DNA of 64,000 nucleotides from an uncultured virus (IMG/VR IMGVR_UViG_3300036770_002685) (taxonomy: Duplodnaviria; Heunggongvirae; Uroviricota; Caudoviricetes). A program made the translations under genes and the position numbers. Of this stretch, positions 17,559 through 27,111 are shown piece after piece. Numbering within the stretch: position 1 is the stretch's first letter; every line of letters begins with the position of its first letter. Under the pieces are notes generated by a model, which saw nothing but the letters and a program-made list of their open reading frames with translations, did not search any database and was not told where the DNA came from. The stretch lies in the IMG/VR virus record IMGVR_UViG_3300036770_002685. One strand, written 5' to 3'.

Positions 17559-19925
17559 ATGCCAATAGATAAGCTCGGGGAAAACGAAAAGCCCTTGTCC
17601 GTGGACATTGAAGCGGCAGGCATGCCTGAGATAGAGATCATCCTTGAAGAGGATGGTGGCGCTACGATTGAGATGGGCGAAGAGGAGTCCCGCGAAGTGG
17701 ACTTCTACAGCAACCTTGCTGAGGTGATTCCTGAGGAAGAGTTGTCTGTGATGGCGAAGGACTTGCAGGCCTTGTTCGAGGCCGACAAGTCTTCGCGCTC
17801 GGATTGGGAGACGATGTACTCCAAGGGCTTGGATTTACTGGGCTTGAAGCTTGAAGAGCGGACCAAGCCCTTCCGTGGCGCGGCAGGATCAGTGCATCCG
17901 ATGTTGACTGAGGCGATTGTGCAGTTCCAAGCACAGGCGATGAAGGAGTTGATGCCGTCGAGCGGCCCTGTTCGGACGCAAATTGTGGGTAAGGAGACCT
18001 TGGACAAGGCGCAGCAGGCCGCGCGTGTGCAAGATTTCATGAATTATCAGATCACAACGGTGATGGATGAGTACACACCGGAGTTTGATCAGGCACTTTT
18101 CTACCTTGGCTATGGTGGATCGGTGTTCAAGAAGGTGTATTACGACCGTCAGATCGGTCGGATGGTGTCAAAGCTGGTCTTGGCTGACGAGTTGTACATC
18201 CCGTACTACGGCTCAAGCGTCATGAGCCAGTGCACACGCATTACACACCGTGTTGCGATGCCTGCAAACGAGTTCAGAAAGCGTGTGATCGCGGGTGAAT
18301 ACCTCGATTTGAACGTTTCGCCGGACGCTTTTGACCCGACATCGAGCGATATTACGCAGGCGGTGGACAAACAGACGGGTTTGACGCCGTCGGAAGAGGC
18401 TGAAGAGGTCTTTTTGCTGGAAATGCACGTCGATTACGACGTTCCGGGCTTCGAGGACTTGGACGAAGACGGCGAACCGACGGGAATTAAGCTGCCATTT
18501 TTGGTGACGATCGACGAAGTGACCGGTCGCGTGATCGGTGTGCGTCGGAATTGGGAAGAAAACGACGAATACAAGAAGCGCATACCGACTTTTGTGCATT
18601 ACGTGCTGGTCGAGGGCTTGGGCGCGTACGGTTTAGGCTTTGTTCATCTGATTGGCGGCTTGTCGAAGAGCGCGACGATGGCGTTGCGACAGCTTTTGGA
18701 CGCGGGGACGCTCTCGAATTTGCCTGCGGGCTTCAAAGCCAAGGGCGCGAGGATCGCGGATCAGGATAATCCGATTCAGCCGGGCGAGTGGCGTGACATT
18801 GATGCGGGTGGCGCGGAGTTGACGTCGTCGTTATTGCCGCTGCCGTATAAGGAGCCGAGTCAGACGCTGTTTGCGTTGTTAGGTTTTGTGGTCGAAGCGG
18901 GCAAACGGCTGGCATCGATCGCCGATATGCAGGTAGGCGAAGGCAATCAGATGGCAGCGGTGGGCACGACCATCGCGTTGCTGGAGAAGGGATCGACGAT
19001 TATGTCGGCGATCCACAAGCGACTGCATTATTCGCAGAAGGTGGAGTTCCAGTTACTGGCAAAGGGCTTTGCGAAGTACCTGCCGGACGAATATCCGTAT
19101 GAGGTTCCCGGCGCATCGCGCAAGATCAAGAAAAAGGACTTCAATGAACTGGTTGCGGTTCTTCCTGTTGCGGACCCGAACATCTTTTCGGTCGCGCAGC
19201 GGATCACTTTGGCGCAAACGCAGCTTCAGTTGGCGCAGAGCGCCCCGATGATGCACAACATGTACGAGGCATACTACCGTGTGTACTCGGCCATGAACGT
19301 GAGAGACATTGACGGTATCTTGAGGCCGCAGAATACGCAGATGCCGAAGGACCCGGCGCAGGAAAACGCCGATGTGCTGGACCAGATGGAGCTAAAAGCC
19401 TTCTCTGGGCAGCAGCACGACGCGCATATCTTGTCGCATTTGATCATGGGGCTGTCTCCGATGTTGCAGGCGAACCCGCAGGCCGCGATGACCTTGCAAA
19501 AGCATATTTTGGATCATGTGCGCAGGAAGGCGGAGGAGATCGTCGAGGCGCAGTTGTTCTCTGAGTACGGCGCGGACCCTGACAAGATGGTGTCCCCGAT
19601 TCAGAAGGAGGGCATGATTGCGTTGGAAGTGGCAAAAGGCATGATGGAGTTGCGCCAGATTCAATCGCAGTTGATGGGTGAGGGACCTGATCCTGTGGTG
19701 CAGTTGAAAGAAGCCGAGATTCAGCAGCGCGCGCAGACGGATCAGGCGAGATTGCAGTTGGATGCGCAAAAACTGCAGGTAGAGCAGCAAAAGGCAGCGG
19801 AAGTGCAGCGCGCGAACATGGCACGGGTGGCGTCGCAGGAGAATATTGCGATGTTACGTGCGGATGTTGCGCGGGAGCGTTTGAACCAGATCAACCAACA
19901 GCAAGGAGCACGAAATGCCTCTTAA
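17559..19925 (+). CDS. Portal protein
   Basis: 788 aa in the head module; VHPMLTEA, GSVFKKVYYD and LLDAGTLSNLPAGFK; Gln-rich helical C-terminus. Confidence 0.88.
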   Translation: MPIDKLGENEKPLSVDIEAAGMPEIEIILEEDGGATIEMGEEESREVDFYSNLAEVIPEEELSVMAKDLQALFEADKSSRSDWETMYSKGLDLLGLKLEERTKPFRGAAGSVHPMLTEAIVQFQAQAMKELMPSSGPVRTQIVGKETLDKAQQAARVQDFMNYQITTVMDEYTPEFDQALFYLGYGGSVFKKVYYDRQIGRMVSKLVLADELYIPYYGSSVMSQCTRITHRVAMPANEFRKRVIAGEYLDLNVSPDAFDPTSSDITQAVDKQTGLTPSEEAEEVFLLEMHVDYDVPGFEDLDEDGEPTGIKLPFLVTIDEVTGRVIGVRRNWEENDEYKKRIPTFVHYVLVEGLGAYGLGFVHLIGGLSKSATMALRQLLDAGTLSNLPAGFKAKGARIADQDNPIQPGEWRDIDAGGAELTSSLLPLPYKEPSQTLFALLGFVVEAGKRLASIADMQVGEGNQMAAVGTTIALLEKGSTIMSAIHKRLHYSQKVEFQLLAKGFAKYLPDEYPYEVPGASRKIKKKDFNELVAVLPVADPNIFSVAQRITLAQTQLQLAQSAPMMHNMYEAYYRVYSAMNVRDIDGILRPQNTQMPKDPAQENADVLDQMELKAFSGQQHDAHILSHLIMGLSPMLQANPQAAMTLQKHILDHVRRKAEEIVEAQLFSEYGADPDKMVSPIQKEGMIALEVAKGMMELRQIQSQLMGEGPDPVVQLKEAEIQQRAQTDQARLQLDAQKLQVEQQKAAEVQRANMARVASQENIAMLRADVARERLNQINQQQGARNAS

Positions 19926-20175
19926 AAAAGGATCGAGTCAGAAGACAATTTCTGGCAATATTGGCGAGATGGTAACGAAATTCAAGAAAACTGGGTCGAT
20001 TGGCACCAGTAAGCCTAAGGGTAAGAAGGCGGCGGTCAAACAGGCGGTTGCGATTGCTTTGACGACGGCGGGTAAGTCGAAAAAGATGGCAAAAGGCGGG
20101 GCGATGAAGGGTGTTCAGGGTCCTGCGATGGTTGTGAAGAAGAAAGACGGCAATAACCCCGTCAAGATTTACTGA
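19915..20175 (+). CDS. Small basic protein
   Basis: MPLKKGSSQKTISGNI...KQAVAIAL; Lys-rich; contains MAKGG. Confidence 0.75.
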   Translation: MPLKKGSSQKTISGNIGEMVTKFKKTGSIGTSKPKGKKAAVKQAVAIALTTAGKSKKMAKGGAMKGVQGPAMVVKKKDGNNPVKIY

Positions 20176-20229
20176 TTTTCAAGCTTTCCAGACGGTAGCT
20201 GAAACCGTCTGCTCTCATGGAGATTGACC

Positions 20230-20418
20230 ATGCTGGAATTTGCGGAAGCAGTTCTGAAAGACCTTAGAACGTTGAGGTCGGACACTGAGGCCATGGTGTT
20301 AAATGGTTCAGTAGCCAACATGGAACGATATCGTTTCCTGATGGGCCGTCTGGAGGGGTTGAATTTGCTGGAAGAGGCGATCAAAGAGCGTCTCAAGAAG
20401 CATAACGATGACTTTTAA
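20230..20418 (+). CDS. Hypothetical protein
   Basis: GGAG RBS; preceded by the hairpin CAGACGGT/ACCGTCTG. Confidence 0.65.
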   Translation: MLEFAEAVLKDLRTLRSDTEAMVLNGSVANMERYRFLMGRLEGLNLLEEAIKERLKKHNDDF

Positions 20419-20436
20419 CCAGAGAAGGAGGCTTGG

Positions 20437-20907
20437 ATGGAAGCGGTAGAAGAAAAGTTGACAGCGCTTGAGCGGAAATGGCTAGAGGAGGCCCAAAACA
20501 AGGGGCCGACCATTGATGACGTGTTCAACGACGAGGGCAAGCTGCAAGAGGACAAGCTTGACGGTTCGGTTCGTGATCATCTGCCGCATCCTACGGGGTG
20601 GCGGCTATCCATTCTCCCGTATCGCGGCGCTCGTGTGTCCAAGGGCGGCATTGCCTTAGCGGACGAGACGCAGAAGAAGACCCAGCTGGGCACAACCTGT
20701 GGGTATGTGCTGGAAGCAGGTCCTTTGGCCTACTGCGATCAGGAAAAGTTCCCAACAGGACCGTGGTGTCAGCCCGGTGACTGGATCATTTTTGGCCGGT
20801 ATGCGGGTTCGCGCATCCCGATCGACGGTGGGGAAATCCGTTTCATCAATGACGATGAAGTCTTAGGGATTGTGAGTGATCCTGAAGATATTTTGCATCT
20901 GACCTAA
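20437..20907 (+). CDS. groES: Co-chaperonin GroES
   Basis: PTGWRLSI...SKGGIAL...GDWIIFGRYAG...INDDEVLGIV. Confidence 0.9.
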   Translation: MEAVEEKLTALERKWLEEAQNKGPTIDDVFNDEGKLQEDKLDGSVRDHLPHPTGWRLSILPYRGARVSKGGIALADETQKKTQLGTTCGYVLEAGPLAYCDQEKFPTGPWCQPGDWIIFGRYAGSRIPIDGGEIRFINDDEVLGIVSDPEDILHLT

Positions 20908-20917
20908 GGAGAGAGCG

Positions 20918-21883
20918 ATGTCAACTGAACAACTTGAGTTCAACATCGGCGAAGGCGAAGAGCCTGCGGTGGTGGAGATGAATGAAGACGGCACCGATGC
21001 GAAGCTGTTGGACGCGCCGGAGCCGCCAGAGGTAGAGATTGAGCAACCTGCGCCGGAACCCGTACAAGAGCAGCGTCAGCAGGCGAAGGACCTCGACGAG
21101 TACAGCAGCAACGTCCGTAAGCGTATCGAAAAGCTAACTGCACGACTACGGGAGACTGAGCGTCGTGAGCAGGCGGCTATTGAATACGCTCGCGGGGTAC
21201 AGGGCCGGATGACCCAATTGGAGCAGCAGTTCCGCCAGACGGATACGGAGCGGCTTCAGGAGGCAAACGGTCGGATTACGACGCAGATTGCCGCGTTGAA
21301 GCAAGTTATCCGTCAAGCGCGTGAAGAGGGCGACTTTGACACTGAGTCGGAGGCGCAGGAGCGGCTAACCGCCATTATGTTGGACCAGCGCCAGATTCAG
21401 GAGATGGCGGCGCAGCGCAAGCAGCAACAGGAGATGGCCGCTTGGCAAGCCCAGCAGCAACAGGTGGTACAACAGCAGCCACCGGTGCAGCAGGCCCAGA
21501 AGGAGCCCGATCCAAAGGCGGAAGAGTGGGCCGAGCGTAACCCTTGGTTTGGTTCAGATGTTCCCATGACCCATGCGGTGTGGGGGCTCCATCGTCAGTT
21601 GGTGGTTGATGAAAGATTTGACCCCCAAAGCGATGAGTATTATGATGAACTGGACAGGCGTATACGCGAAGCGTTTCCTCACAAGTTCCAAGGTGGAAAC
21701 AGGGCTGCTGCGCCACAGCAGAATACTCAGAGAGCACGGGCCGCGCACTCCGTCGCTCCTGCAACCCGTTCGTCGGGGGTTAACAATGCGCGCCGTTCCG
21801 TCAAACTGACCCCAAGTCAGGTAGCGATGGCAAAGAAATTGGGTGTTCCGCTTGAGGAATACGCCAAATATGTAAAGGAGTAA
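20918..21883 (+). CDS. Probable capsid scaffolding protein
   Basis: Acidic N-terminus, long coiled coil, WAERNPWF, C-terminal LTPSQVAMAKKLGVPLEEY; upstream of the capsid genes. Confidence 0.7.
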   Translation: MSTEQLEFNIGEGEEPAVVEMNEDGTDAKLLDAPEPPEVEIEQPAPEPVQEQRQQAKDLDEYSSNVRKRIEKLTARLRETERREQAAIEYARGVQGRMTQLEQQFRQTDTERLQEANGRITTQIAALKQVIRQAREEGDFDTESEAQERLTAIMLDQRQIQEMAAQRKQQQEMAAWQAQQQQVVQQQPPVQQAQKEPDPKAEEWAERNPWFGSDVPMTHAVWGLHRQLVVDERFDPQSDEYYDELDRRIREAFPHKFQGGNRAAAPQQNTQRARAAHSVAPATRSSGVNNARRSVKLTPSQVAMAKKLGVPLEEYAKYVKE

Positions 21884-21887
21884 TACC

Positions 21888-22370
21888 ATGGACAAACTTG
21901 ACGTGCCTTCTTTAAATCGCAAGTCGCGTGAGGCTGATAGCCGCTCTGCAACTGCGCGCCGTAAACCGTGGGCCCCTCCTTCTAAATTGGATGCGCCTGC
22001 TGCGCCTCCGGGTTACAAGCATCGTTGGATCAGAGCAGAGGCAAACGGGTACGATGATCGTATCAACGTGGCTTCCCGCCTGCGCGAAGGGTATGAATTG
22101 GTTCGCTCCGATGAATATCCGGACTTTCTCGGTACTCCAATGGAAGGTTCTCGCCATGCTGGTGTTCTTGGCGTGGGTGGACTCTTGCTTGCTCGTATTC
22201 CTGAAGAGACGGTGGCAGAACGCAATGCGTATTACACCTCGCGCACCCGTGACCAATTGCAGGCTGTTGATAACGACTTGATGAAGGCGAATGCTCACGA
22301 CAGCATGCGCATCAACAAGCCGTCACGTCAGTCACGAACGGTCTTTGGTAGCCCGAAGGCTGATGAGTAA
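21888..22370 (+). CDS. Head-module hypothetical protein
   Basis: PPGYKHRWIR...REGYELV...VGGLLLARIPEE. Confidence 0.75.
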   Translation: MDKLDVPSLNRKSREADSRSATARRKPWAPPSKLDAPAAPPGYKHRWIRAEANGYDDRINVASRLREGYELVRSDEYPDFLGTPMEGSRHAGVLGVGGLLLARIPEETVAERNAYYTSRTRDQLQAVDNDLMKANAHDSMRINKPSRQSRTVFGSPKADE

Positions 22371-22391
22371 ACTTTTTTAAGGAATAGACAA

Positions 22392-22976
22392 ATGGCAAAC
22401 GTAGATAAAGCCTATGGTCTGCGTCCTCTTGGTAACCTGTCCGCAACTGGTGGTCAAAAGCAGTATGGCTACAACATTGCAGACAACCAATCTGGCGCGA
22501 TCTATCAAGGCGACCTAGTCACTCTGGCTAGTGGCTATATTGTTAAATTTGACGCTGCATCGCACACCGCTGCGGTAGGTGTTTTCAATGGTTGCTACTA
22601 CGTCGATCCGACGACTGGCAAACCAACTTGGAAAAACTACTATCCGGGTTCCGTCAACATTACTACCGGCACGATTCAAGCCGATGTAGTTGACGATCCT
22701 AGCCAGCTGTTTGTGATTCAGGCGGACGAAGACATTGTTCAGGCTGACATTGGCCTGAATGCCGGTATTGCTTACACCGCTGGTAGCTCTATTACCGGTC
22801 TGTCGGCAACCGAACTGGATTCGTCATCCGTTGCAAACACTTCAACTGGTGTTCTGAAGATTGTCGGCAAATACGACACTCCGGGCAACGCTCTGGGCGA
22901 GAACTACACCCAAGTCGTTGTGAAGATCAACGCGCATCTGTATGGCAGCGCGGGTGTTGCCAACACCGCACCCTAA
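22392..22976 (+). CDS. Probable capsid decoration/minor capsid protein
   Basis: Beta-rich; IYQGDLV and VGVFNGC; directly before the major capsid gene. Confidence 0.6.
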   Translation: MANVDKAYGLRPLGNLSATGGQKQYGYNIADNQSGAIYQGDLVTLASGYIVKFDAASHTAAVGVFNGCYYVDPTTGKPTWKNYYPGSVNITTGTIQADVVDDPSQLFVIQADEDIVQADIGLNAGIAYTAGSSITGLSATELDSSSVANTSTGVLKIVGKYDTPGNALGENYTQVVVKINAHLYGSAGVANTAP

Positions 22977-22989
22977 TAGGAGCTAAATC

Positions 22990-23898
22990 ATGGCGATTAC
23001 ACGCGCACAACTTGTAAAAGAACTTGAGCCGGGTCTAAACGCCCTGTTCGGTCTTGAGTACAAGAACTACGAACAAGAGCACACACAAATCTACGACATT
23101 GAGTCGTCAGATCGTGCATTTGAAGAGGAAGTCATGCTGTCCGGCTTCGGTGAGGCTCCGGTCAAAACCGAAGGCGCTGGCTTGGCTTACGACACCGCGC
23201 AGGAAGTCTTTACTGCTCGCTACACCCACGAGACGATCGCTCTGGCGTTCTCTCTGACGGAAGAAGCGGTTGAAGATAACCTGTACGACCGTCTGGCTCG
23301 TCGTTACACAATGGCTCTGGCTCGTTCCATGGCTACCACCAAGCAGATCAAGGCTGCTTCTGTCCTGAACGGTGCTTTCACCACCTCTATCGGTGGCGAC
23401 GGCGTCGCGCTTTGCTCGACAGATCACCCGATCATTGGCGGTCCTAACCAGAAAAACGAACTGGCAACTCCTGCTGACCTTTCCGAGACTTCTCTGGAAC
23501 AGGCCATCATCGATATCCAGTCGCTGGTTGATGAACGCAACCTGAAGATCGCGATTCAGGGTCTGAAGCTGATCATCCCGAAAGAGCTTCAGTTCACCGC
23601 AGATCGCATCATGAAGTCCACCCTGCGTGTTGGCACTGCCGACAACGATATCAATGCCATCAAGAACATGGGCATGATTCCGCAGGGCTACACTGTCAAC
23701 CACTACCTGACCGATCCGGACGCTTGGTTCATCAAGACCGACGCCCCGAACGGCATGAAGATGTTTGAACGTGTAACCATGAAGACCGCCTTTGAAGGTG
23801 ATTTCGAGACTGGCAACATGCGCTACAAGGCGCGTGAGCGTTACAGCTTCGGCTTCTCTGACTGGCGCGGTATCTTCGGCTCGCCCGGCGCGGCCTAA
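22990..23898 (+). CDS. Major capsid protein (Mu gpT-like, HK97 fold)
   Basis: LEPGLNALFG, SDRAFEEE, YLTDPDAWF and YKARERYSFG motifs; followed by a terminator. Confidence 0.9.
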   Translation: MAITRAQLVKELEPGLNALFGLEYKNYEQEHTQIYDIESSDRAFEEEVMLSGFGEAPVKTEGAGLAYDTAQEVFTARYTHETIALAFSLTEEAVEDNLYDRLARRYTMALARSMATTKQIKAASVLNGAFTTSIGGDGVALCSTDHPIIGGPNQKNELATPADLSETSLEQAIIDIQSLVDERNLKIAIQGLKLIIPKELQFTADRIMKSTLRVGTADNDINAIKNMGMIPQGYTVNHYLTDPDAWFIKTDAPNGMKMFERVTMKTAFEGDFETGNMRYKARERYSFGFSDWRGIFGSPGAA

Positions 23899-23900
23899 GA

Positions 23901-23933
23901 GAAAAAGGGGAGCTTCGGCTCCCCTTTTCTTTT
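23901..23933 (+). terminator. Terminator after the capsid gene (possibly bidirectional)
   Basis: AAAAA-GGGGAGC-TTCG-GCTCCCC-TTTTCTTTT. Confidence 0.9.
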
Positions 23934-23959
23934 ACAGCCAGTCGTGTATATTGGCATTA

Positions 23960-24040
23960 TTCCGGGGTTATCCGGCATATCTGACAGTCCCGGCTGACGA
24001 CATGCAGACAGATATGCCACAAATCTCGCATGTGAGGATA
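23960..24040 (+). ncRNA. Structured RNA downstream of the capsid gene, candidate Mu-gpT-DE-like motif
   Basis: 10-bp stem 23974-83/24009-18 plus two possible pseudoknot pairings; family suggested by location only. Confidence 0.55.
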
Positions 24041-24045
24041 TCAAA

Positions 24046-24621
24046 ATGGCAAGAACTACGTTCTCGGGCCCAGTTGCATCTGACAACGGTTTTATTTCGG
24101 GCTCCGCTACTTCCCCTGTTACAGTCACCACCGCTGGTAATGTGTCGAGCTCGTACGTTACAAGTTCGGCAACGACTGGTGACACCCGTCTAAACTACAG
24201 CCGTCTGGACATCACTTCGACCGGTTCGGGCGAAACACTCCGTGCATTCACGCGTGTGACTGCTGCAAATGCAGCAACTGGCGGTACTGTCAACGGTGCG
24301 CATATTTCTTTGTCCATCAATGGTAGCGGCACGGTTTCAGGCGCAGGCAATGCCCTTCGCGTCACTCTGGGCGGTACTTCGACCAACCCCGGTGGCACCA
24401 TTGCTGCTCTGCAATTGGATTCTGATTTTGCTACTGGCGGCACTTGGACCAACGCTTCGTATCTCCGGATGACCAACAGCGGCAGTGGCACTATCGACAC
24501 TTTCGCTGTATTCCCTGATGCTATGGTTGCAGGGGAATCCGCAGCGGCTGTTTCGCATGTGATTCCTATTAAAGATGCTTCGGGTAATACCTATTATCTG
24601 ATGGTATCGAGCGCTGCTTAA
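24046..24621 (+). CDS. Probable virion structural protein (Ser/Thr/Gly-rich)
   Basis: MARTTFSGPV N-terminus; beta-rich composition. Confidence 0.65.
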   Translation: MARTTFSGPVASDNGFISGSATSPVTVTTAGNVSSSYVTSSATTGDTRLNYSRLDITSTGSGETLRAFTRVTAANAATGGTVNGAHISLSINGSGTVSGAGNALRVTLGGTSTNPGGTIAALQLDSDFATGGTWTNASYLRMTNSGSGTIDTFAVFPDAMVAGESAAAVSHVIPIKDASGNTYYLMVSSAA

Positions 24622-24791
24622 TGGATATCACTAAAGAGTATCTGCTGGCGGAAATTGCGAACATGGAGAAGCAACGGAATCACGCGCATGACGTGGCCGT
24701 TGCAGCGCAAGCTGCAATTGATGTGTTGAACTCCTTGATCGCACGGCTGGATTTACCAGAGTCAGAGAATACGGAAGGACTACAGCAATGA
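24621..24791 (+). CDS. Hypothetical protein (56 aa, not in the ORF track)
   Basis: MDITKEYLLAE...; overlaps both neighbours (TAATG, ATGA). Confidence 0.6.
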   Translation: MDITKEYLLAEIANMEKQRNHAHDVAVAAQAAIDVLNSLIARLDLPESENTEGLQQ

Positions 24792-25093
24792 GTTTTGCAA
24801 GTGATATTTCGGCGGTAACGAAGACCACTTCTGACGATGCTATTGGTGGCAGGACGCGTGTACAGGGTGTGTATTACACATGCAGTGGCACGGCATCGTC
24901 CTTTGCGCTGAAGAATGGCAGCACAAGCGGCGGCACGGCGTTGATTACGATCAATACCCCCGCAGCAGCGGGAGCGGTTGATTTGATCTTCCCGGACGAT
25001 GGCATTCTTTTTACCGATGGTGTCTACATTGATTTTGCAGATGCTGAAGTAAAAAGCGTTACTTTGCTTTTTGTAGGCGGAGCAGCGGCCTGA
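24788..25093 (+). CDS. Probable virion protein
   Basis: Structural operon; PDDGILFTDGVYI. Confidence 0.65.
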   Translation: MSFASDISAVTKTTSDDAIGGRTRVQGVYYTCSGTASSFALKNGSTSGGTALITINTPAAAGAVDLIFPDDGILFTDGVYIDFADAEVKSVTLLFVGGAAA

Positions 25094-25095
25094 TT

Positions 25096-25389
25096 ATGGC
25101 GACTAAGAAGTCCAAAGGGATGGGGATTGCCACCTCGGTGAAGTCAGGCAACTTTCGGCCTACTAAGGCCGGAGCGGGCATGACTAAGCAAGGCGTTGCA
25201 GCGTATCGCCGCGCTAATCCGGGTAGCAAACTTCAGACTGCTGTGACTGAAAGTAATCCGTCAGGTGCGCGCGCGAAGCGCCGTAAATCGTTTTGTGCGC
25301 GTTCTGCTGGGCAGATGAAAATGTATCCAGAGGCAGCTAAAGACCCAAATAGCCGAATACGTCAAGCGCGTCGTCGGTGGAAATGTTGA
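25096..25389 (+). CDS. Small basic protein
   Basis: RRKSFCARSAGQMK...KDPNSRIRQARRRWKC. Confidence 0.75.
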   Translation: MATKKSKGMGIATSVKSGNFRPTKAGAGMTKQGVAAYRRANPGSKLQTAVTESNPSGARAKRRKSFCARSAGQMKMYPEAAKDPNSRIRQARRRWKC

Positions 25390-25399
25390 GGAGTTTGCG

Positions 25400-25636
25400 G
25401 TGCAATTGGCGGAAATATGGAGCGCGGGACTTACTATTTTGATTGGCATCTTGGGGTATATGATGCACGAGAAGTTTAGTGAGCTTGCAAGAGTTACGAT
25501 TCTTTTGAATCGCACACGCGAAGAGATCGCTCGTGACTCGGTGACTAAAGCCGAGGTCGAGAAGATCACTGAGCATATTGACCAGCGATTCAATCGTATC
25601 GAAGAAAAGATCGATCGATTAATCGAGCGTAGATAG
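25400..25636 (+). CDS. Small membrane/coiled-coil protein
   Basis: N-terminal TM, C-terminal coiled coil. Confidence 0.65.
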   Translation: MQLAEIWSAGLTILIGILGYMMHEKFSELARVTILLNRTREEIARDSVTKAEVEKITEHIDQRFNRIEEKIDRLIERR

Positions 25637-25669
25637 GTCAGTAATCAAACCCAAAAGAGAGGCGAAGAC

Positions 25670-25867
25670 ATGAAAAAGTCTGTACCGAAGGGGATGCACA
25701 AAATGCCTGATGGTTCTTTGATGAAGAACTCGGATATGGCAGGTCGCGCGATGAAGAAAAAAGGCGCGGATGCAAAAGGTCGTGCGATGAAGAGCGGCAA
25801 AACGGGCTATGGCGGTGTCATCGCCATGGGTATGAAAAAGGGCGGTAAAGCTAAGAAAGGAATGTGA
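25670..25867 (+). CDS. Lys/Met/Gly-rich small protein
   Basis: HKMPDG and MKKGG motifs. Confidence 0.65.
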   Translation: MKKSVPKGMHKMPDGSLMKNSDMAGRAMKKKGADAKGRAMKSGKTGYGGVIAMGMKKGGKAKKGM

Positions 25868-25869
25868 TC

Positions 25870-26082
25870 ATGGCTGGACGTGGAATGGGTGCTGCTACTA
25901 AAGGTGGCGGCTGCGTGGAGAGCGGTCCTCGCAACAAGATGATGTCAAAAACCAGCAACAAAACTGGCCCTGTGATGATGAAAAACGGCGGTGCCGTTAA
26001 TCAGCACAAGAAGATGGCAATGGGCAAGAAGATGATGGGTGGCGGCATGGTCAAGGGCTATAAAAAAGGCGGTATGTGCTAA
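25870..26082 (+). CDS. Lys/Met/Gly-rich small protein
   Basis: MKNGGAV, MMGGGMV, YKKGG. Confidence 0.65.
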   Translation: MAGRGMGAATKGGGCVESGPRNKMMSKTSNKTGPVMMKNGGAVNQHKKMAMGKKMMGGGMVKGYKKGGMC

Positions 26083-26748
26083 ATGACTACCTCAGGTACA
26101 ACAGTATTCGACCTCCAAATCGAAGAATTGATTGAGGAAGCGTTTGAGCGGTTGGGCATGCAAATGACCAACGGCAAACAGCTTTCTACTGCTCGTCGTT
26201 CTTTAAATTTGATGTTTTTGGATTGGGCGAATCGTGGGTTGAACCTGTGGACCATTGATTTAGCTACGTACAATCTGGTGCAAGGAGATACCGAAATCTC
26301 CTTGCCTACAGATACGGTAAACGTTCTGTCTGCCGTTATACGTTTAACAGGACAAAGTCCTGCTACAGATATCATCATTGAACGCATCAGCCGGGCCGAG
26401 TACTTGAACGTCCCGGACAAGACGACGCAAGCGCAGCCTGCGCAGTATTACGTTCAGCGTACAAACGTCCCCAAGGTGTTTTTGTATCCCACACCAAACC
26501 AGCCTTACCAGCTGCGGTATTACCGCATTCGCAGGATTCAGGATGCGGGGGCGTACACGAACACTTCCGACGTTAACTTCCGGTTCTTGCCTTGTTTGGC
26601 AGCGGGGTTGGCGTACTACTTGTCGTTGAAATATGCGCCGGAGCGCACGGTGATGATGAAACAGTTGTACGAAGAAGAGTTTGCTCGTGCGGCTGCAGAG
26701 GATAGGGATATAGCAAGTGCTTACTTCGTTCCGGAGCTAGGGGCGTAG
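26083..26748 (+). CDS. Probable head-tail adaptor protein
   Basis: ARRSLNLMFLDWANRGLNLW, FLYPTP, GLAYYL; neck position. Confidence 0.65.
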   Translation: MTTSGTTVFDLQIEELIEEAFERLGMQMTNGKQLSTARRSLNLMFLDWANRGLNLWTIDLATYNLVQGDTEISLPTDTVNVLSAVIRLTGQSPATDIIIERISRAEYLNVPDKTTQAQPAQYYVQRTNVPKVFLYPTPNQPYQLRYYRIRRIQDAGAYTNTSDVNFRFLPCLAAGLAYYLSLKYAPERTVMMKQLYEEEFARAAAEDRDIASAYFVPELGA

Positions 26749-26749
26749 T

Positions 26750-27109
26750 GTGGCGTTTGCAACAGGAAAATTTTCGTTTGGATTATGCGACTACTGTGGT
26801 CAGCGTTATCCATACAACGTATTAAAGAAGAACTGGCGTGGGTTTAAGGTTTGCCCGGATGATTATGAGCCGAAGGAGCCGCAGTTAGACCCTTTGCGTT
26901 ACAAGGGTGACGCGATAGCACTGCAGGAGCCGAGGCCCGATCGGATTGAACCTACGACGGTGTTTGTTGGAATGCCTGCTGATTCAGCGTTTCAGAGCAG
27001 GGGCAGTGTGTTTGCGGCGCAGAATATCACGGACATGCGACCGTACCCATTGCAGGCCCCTCCTGTTGGATATGGAGCGGTGGGGAATGTGACGATTGTG
27101 ATTACTTAG
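26750..27109 (+). CDS. Zinc-finger structural-region protein
   Basis: CDYCGQRY...VCP..EPKEPQ. Confidence 0.65.
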   Translation: MAFATGKFSFGLCDYCGQRYPYNVLKKNWRGFKVCPDDYEPKEPQLDPLRYKGDAIALQEPRPDRIEPTTVFVGMPADSAFQSRGSVFAAQNITDMRPYPLQAPPVGYGAVGNVTIVIT

Positions 27110-27111
27110 CC

